DNA of 54,453 nt, counting the filler, from Bipalium vagum (taxonomy: Eukaryota), in assembly GCA_037834085.1 (NCBI GenBank). It is 3 parts of 3 records of this genome, joined end to end, with 100 filler letters (N's around TTAATTAATTAA, not from the genome) between each part and the next. Parts side by side here need not be neighbours in the genome. Positions count along the whole stretch, not along the records: positions 35,575 to 54,453 come from JBBMKC010016797.1; 2 more parts are not named here. One strand, 5' to 3'. Positions 50,340-54,453 of this stretch are shown in pieces. Every line of letters begins with the position of its first letter. Position 1 is the stretch's first letter. Position numbers and translations under genes: made by a program. The notes beneath the pieces were generated by a model, which saw nothing but the letters and a program-made list of their open reading frames with translations, did no database searches and was not told the origin of the DNA.

Positions 50340-53300
50340 AAATGGCCGACGACAAAGTTGGGAAGCTTCACTTTGGTTTGAGGGGAGCGTAATTCTTCTT
50401 TTTCTAGACAACGATCGAAATCCAGAAGCCAATCCAGACCGAAAACATTTGCAGAATCCGTCAAAAGCCACCATCAGCACGGATACAAACATCAACAAAA
50501 GAAGAAAAATAACAGGAAAACACCTATTTCGACCGCTAAAATAAGCACAATCTCCTCTATTGTCAAAGACCGACAATTTGGATTCATTACGTGCAACAGA
50601 GAGAACATAATTTTCCACCGCAGTGAAATTACAGGTTTATGGCAGAACCAACTCCTCAAAGAGGATCTTGTGGAAACAAAAGTATACTTTGAAATTGCCA
50701 GGACAGAAAGAATAGGCTTCACGCCATCAATATACGGCTACCAGATGGCCAACCTATCAATGCGCTACTATCATACGCTAAAAAACCACGGATCCCTAGG
50801 ATGACAATAGCATCTTTATTAAATGGATACGAAATTCAAACCGACCAAACGGAACAATACTTTCATTGGTGATGAAGAAATCCATGAAAACGAAATCATC
50901 GAGGAAGACCTACACGAAGAGGAACTACTCGAAGAAGAATCCGTTCGTCCAAACTCTCAAGCGCCAGTCAACCAATCACAGGAACTTTTCCCTCCTCTAG
51001 CATCAATTCCAGCGACGCCAAAGAAAAAGAAAAGGACTAAAACTGGAAACGATGCACCCATCGGCGCAAGCACGCATATAAAAAGAGACGCTAGCACATC
51101 TTCTGGAAATGAGTGCCCAACAAATAATAAGAAAAAATCTAAAGCAACCTCGAAGGATCTGAACTCCTCCGTGCAATCCACCCAATTATGGGGTGGGCAA
51201 GCGTCCCGCGAAAACACAACAAACAGTGGACCGACGTCAATTTCGCGGGACACCTCCAAGTCCAATAAACACGGCCACCGAAACAAAAGGGTTTTAGAGA
51301 ACTTTAAAACTCGAACTGCTATTGTCATGGAAATCATCGACAACCAGATATCGCTACACAGGAATGAACCAGATTCTATACTGACAATCAAAACTGAGCT
51401 ATCATACAGCCGTAAAATGAGAGGAAATCAGAGGCCAGCCGAACTCCTCACAATAAACTACGAGAAACGATCATGAAAAATATCAGTAAACTATGCGGAG
51501 CCAGTAGAAAAAAGTCCATGCCCCTTATAAAACAAATAGGTGAGAATCAGGCCGAAGAGACACCTTCTCTCAGTGCAATAGAAAGAGTCTAAAATCCCGA
51601 ACTCCAAAACCAGTAGACTGGTCCCATCCAAATGCCCCTACTATCACAAAGGCAACTGAACTAGATTTCTACACACCGACGGCAACTGAAATAACGAAGA
51701 TCCGAGCGAAATCCAATAATTTATCATCATCTGGGCTCGATAAATTATCCTACGAAGACCTAGCAAACTTGGACCAAAAATGCGAAATGATCGAAAAACT
51801 ATTCGAAAACATAATTAGAACTTGCAAAACCCCGACACAATGGAAGACTTTTTAGATAGTTCTAATAGCAAAACCGAACAAAATGGACTATTCCAAGGTC
51901 TTCAGCTGGCAATTAATAGCGCTGTTAAAGACAGCCTACAAACTCTTCACCGCCTGTATCTGCAGACAGATGGATGCCTGGTTGATACAGAACAACGTCT
52001 TGCACCAAAATCAAAAAACCTAGGCTCTTTTGAAGGGTGCTCGGAGCACAATTTTACTCTAAACATGCTGATCGAGGACAACAAAAGAAGTAATATTAAG
52101 TCTCATATAGTATTCTTAGATCTGACTGATGCTGTCGGAAACATCTCTGTCGAAACCATCCTAGATATACTTGAAACAAAGGAAGGCAACGCCTCCTGCT
52201 AGAAGGATAATCAGAAATCTCTACATCGGCTGCCACACAACTATCAAATGCGGGGAAATCACTACGAGGGGCATCGAGATCAACAGGGATGTCAGGCAAG
52301 GCTACCCTCTCTCGATGTTCCTATTCAATATTGCCATCAATTATGTTTTAGCAGAGCTAGACAGATGCTTCCCAGACAGATACTATAATATTCTAGAATA
52401 CGTCGACGATCTGGCAGTCATAAGTGGCACAGAAGACAGCTTGCAACAAAAAACCTTTGAATGGCTTGACATGAGTTTAAACTCCGACAAGTGTGCAGTA
52501 TTAACAACTCCTGTACACAAGATCAGAAAATCGATATCCATTAAGAACACTTACTTAACCAAAATAGTATTTGTACTAGTGGTACAAATACCTTGGCAAA
52601 GACCAAGGAATAAAATTGGAAAGAAATCCACAATCTATGCGAAACTCATCCAACTAATGAACCAGATCAGGCAATCTGCCATCTCACCATGGCAGGCCTT
52701 GGAAGCGTACAAAATATTTGTACACTCGAAAATTACGTTCTATTTTCGGAATTATAAAAGGGCCATGACCTATATCACTTGTAGTGAGAAAACTACAAAG
52801 GCCAAAGGTAAGAGATTTGGACTTGATTTTAATGTTAGGAAAAATCTTAGAGCACTGACCAGTCTATCTTCTAACTCCCCGATGGGCTACCTATAAACCC
52901 CAATTGAGTATGGGGGTCTCGGTGTGACCTCAATGGCCGACGAATTCGTCGTCTAATCTCTGGTTCAATTCCACAAGATGGCCAACGTGAACGATATTAG
53001 ATTGCAGAAACTGATCATAACCGCTCTATGCAAACTATCCGAAAATGAAATATCAGATGCGCTACAATGGCTTTCAACTGGTGATCTAGAAATGTCTAGA
53101 AATGTCTAGAAGACATGGTGATCTAAAAATTCTCATTGCCATCAAGTGCCTCGGAAAATGACACGGAATCAAAGTCTCATTTGAATATCTGGAGACCGAT
53201 CAGGAAATGGCAACACACATTTTGGTAAACAATTATCGTTCGACTTTTAGAAAACAAAATGCCCACCAAATATGCCCCTTTCTTCATAAAGGAAGTTGCA

Positions 53301-54000
53301 ATCAAAATGTACAAGAAATGGGCAAGCAAAAGTGCTGCAGGACTCACCGCAAAATGCATTGCCACCAACTGTTGGTTCAACAAAAAGCTAATGAGAAGGA
53401 CAATTCCACTATCAAAAGAGGAGTGGTATTTTCTACATAAGGCGAGGAACATAGACTTACCAAAAAACCTGAAGACACACAAGAACGATCCATGCCGGAA
53501 CTGCGGCTGCGAAAAGGAGTCCATCGGCCACGTACTCGTAGCATGTCCTGACATACGTCCAATAAGCCGCCAAAGACATGATAAGATCTGAGACATTCTA
53601 GTTAATCATCTAAAATTACTGGATACAGCTGACTGGGAGATAATGGTTGAAAAGAAGGCCAAATATTGCCTACTGAACTTGCAACTGGACATCCAGATTA
53701 TCAACAACCGGCAAAAGATCTATACAATTATAGTTGTGAAATGTCCGTTTGACACTGAGATGGGCTTTGAGAAGACCGACGAAGTCAACAAGAAACACTA
53801 GGAACCGGCTATTCAAGCAGCCAGAACAGAACTAGGACGAACTTTATCCGACACCTTTTTCATCGGAGTTATTGGCACATTTTAAAAAACAACTTCACTC
53901 TCCCCGGGTCAATGGGGATGAAGGAAAAAGAACTACTATATCTGGCATAAACATGCGCTATCTCATGTATAAAGGATAGCACAAGAATCTGAGATCACTT
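50340..54000 (+). mobile_element. R2/NeSL-group (restriction-like endonuclease) non-LTR retrotransposon, pseudogenised
   Basis: RT motifs SGLDKLSYE, WK..VLIAK..WQLIALLKTAYKLF, EGCSEHNF, FLDLTDAVGNIS, VRQGYPLSMFLFN and YVDDL. Then CCHC knuckle CRNCGCEKESIGHVLVAC, RHD motif, and RLE region LDIQII..IIVVKCPFD. Many stops and frameshifts. The minus-strand ORFs here are shadows. Confidence 0.9.
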
Positions 54001-54149
54001 CCAACAAAATTCAGAGAAGCAGCTCCAATCAAAGAGAACTAAGATGATCAAAAAGACATTTATTATGTTCTGTGAATAGAACCTTTTGTTTTGTTTTGTT
54101 TTTTTCAATATATTTGTGGGGACTCCCAGGTCAACTACTAGGAAACAGA

Positions 54150-54383
54150 GATCAAAAGGACCCTTTTTTAACATTATGTGTGATTTAATTTGTATATGAC
54201 CCAAATCCAATTTTTTATATTTGTGCATGATCTTTTGGGTACTTAACCCGCTTCTGGTTTGATTTAATTTTTGTGAAATCTTTTGCATGATAAATCTGTT
54301 CCGATAACAATCTTTGTGAAATCTTTAAGATATTGTAATCCTAATATCTTACAATGCTGTCCATATGTTTGGAGCTACCCCTG
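54150..54383 (-). mobile_element. Tc1-like 5' fragment
   Basis: TIR-like TA|CAGGGGTAGCTCCAAACATATGGACA on the minus strand from 54383, then HTH-like QKISQKLNQTRS..QKIMHKYKK. Confidence 0.45.
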
Positions 54384-54453
54384 TAATTTACATAAAATGA
54401 TGGAAATATATAATTATAATTACTTTAATTTAGTTTATATTTAAATATATGGA

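Noticed and set aside
50286-53596. Minus-strand ORFs within the retroelement
   Set aside because: Shadows of the A-rich plus-strand ORF with no independent motifs.

Overview
This is AT-rich eukaryotic (metazoan invertebrate) genomic DNA with mostly short GT-AG introns (44-62 bp). The species cannot be determined from the window. Two artificial 100-bp linkers (N44-TTAATTAATTAA-N44, at 19514-19613 and 35475-35574) join three contigs, so adjacency across them is not biological evidence. Three host genes were reconstructed by hand: RPL7/uL30 (2 exons, minus, 242 aa), a 5'-incomplete CDC14 phosphatase (8 exons seen, plus) and INTS6 (8 exons, minus, 855 aa). There is one tRNA-Ala-like gene with an abnormal anticodon arm. 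The rest is mostly decayed transposons: Tc1, Tc3-like, mariner (Mos1-like and Hsmar1-like), DD37D/maT, DD41D/rosa, DD37E-like, pogo, hAT (Buster-like and DUF659/CGGBP-like), Merlin-like, a Gypsy-like remnant, and a long R2/NeSL-type (RLE) non-LTR retrotransposon. The best leads are (i) the tRNA-Ala with intact Ala identity but a palindromic, remodelled anticodon arm, (ii) a ~125-nt GC-rich multibranch RNA-like fold preceded by a minisatellite, upstream of the RLE retroelement, (iii) a ~690-bp repeat present in two circularly permuted copies, and (iv) CDC14 with an HCAAGLGR P-loop. I found no clear multi-gene novel system. Boundaries of decayed elements are approximate, and family calls come from motif recognition, not database searches.
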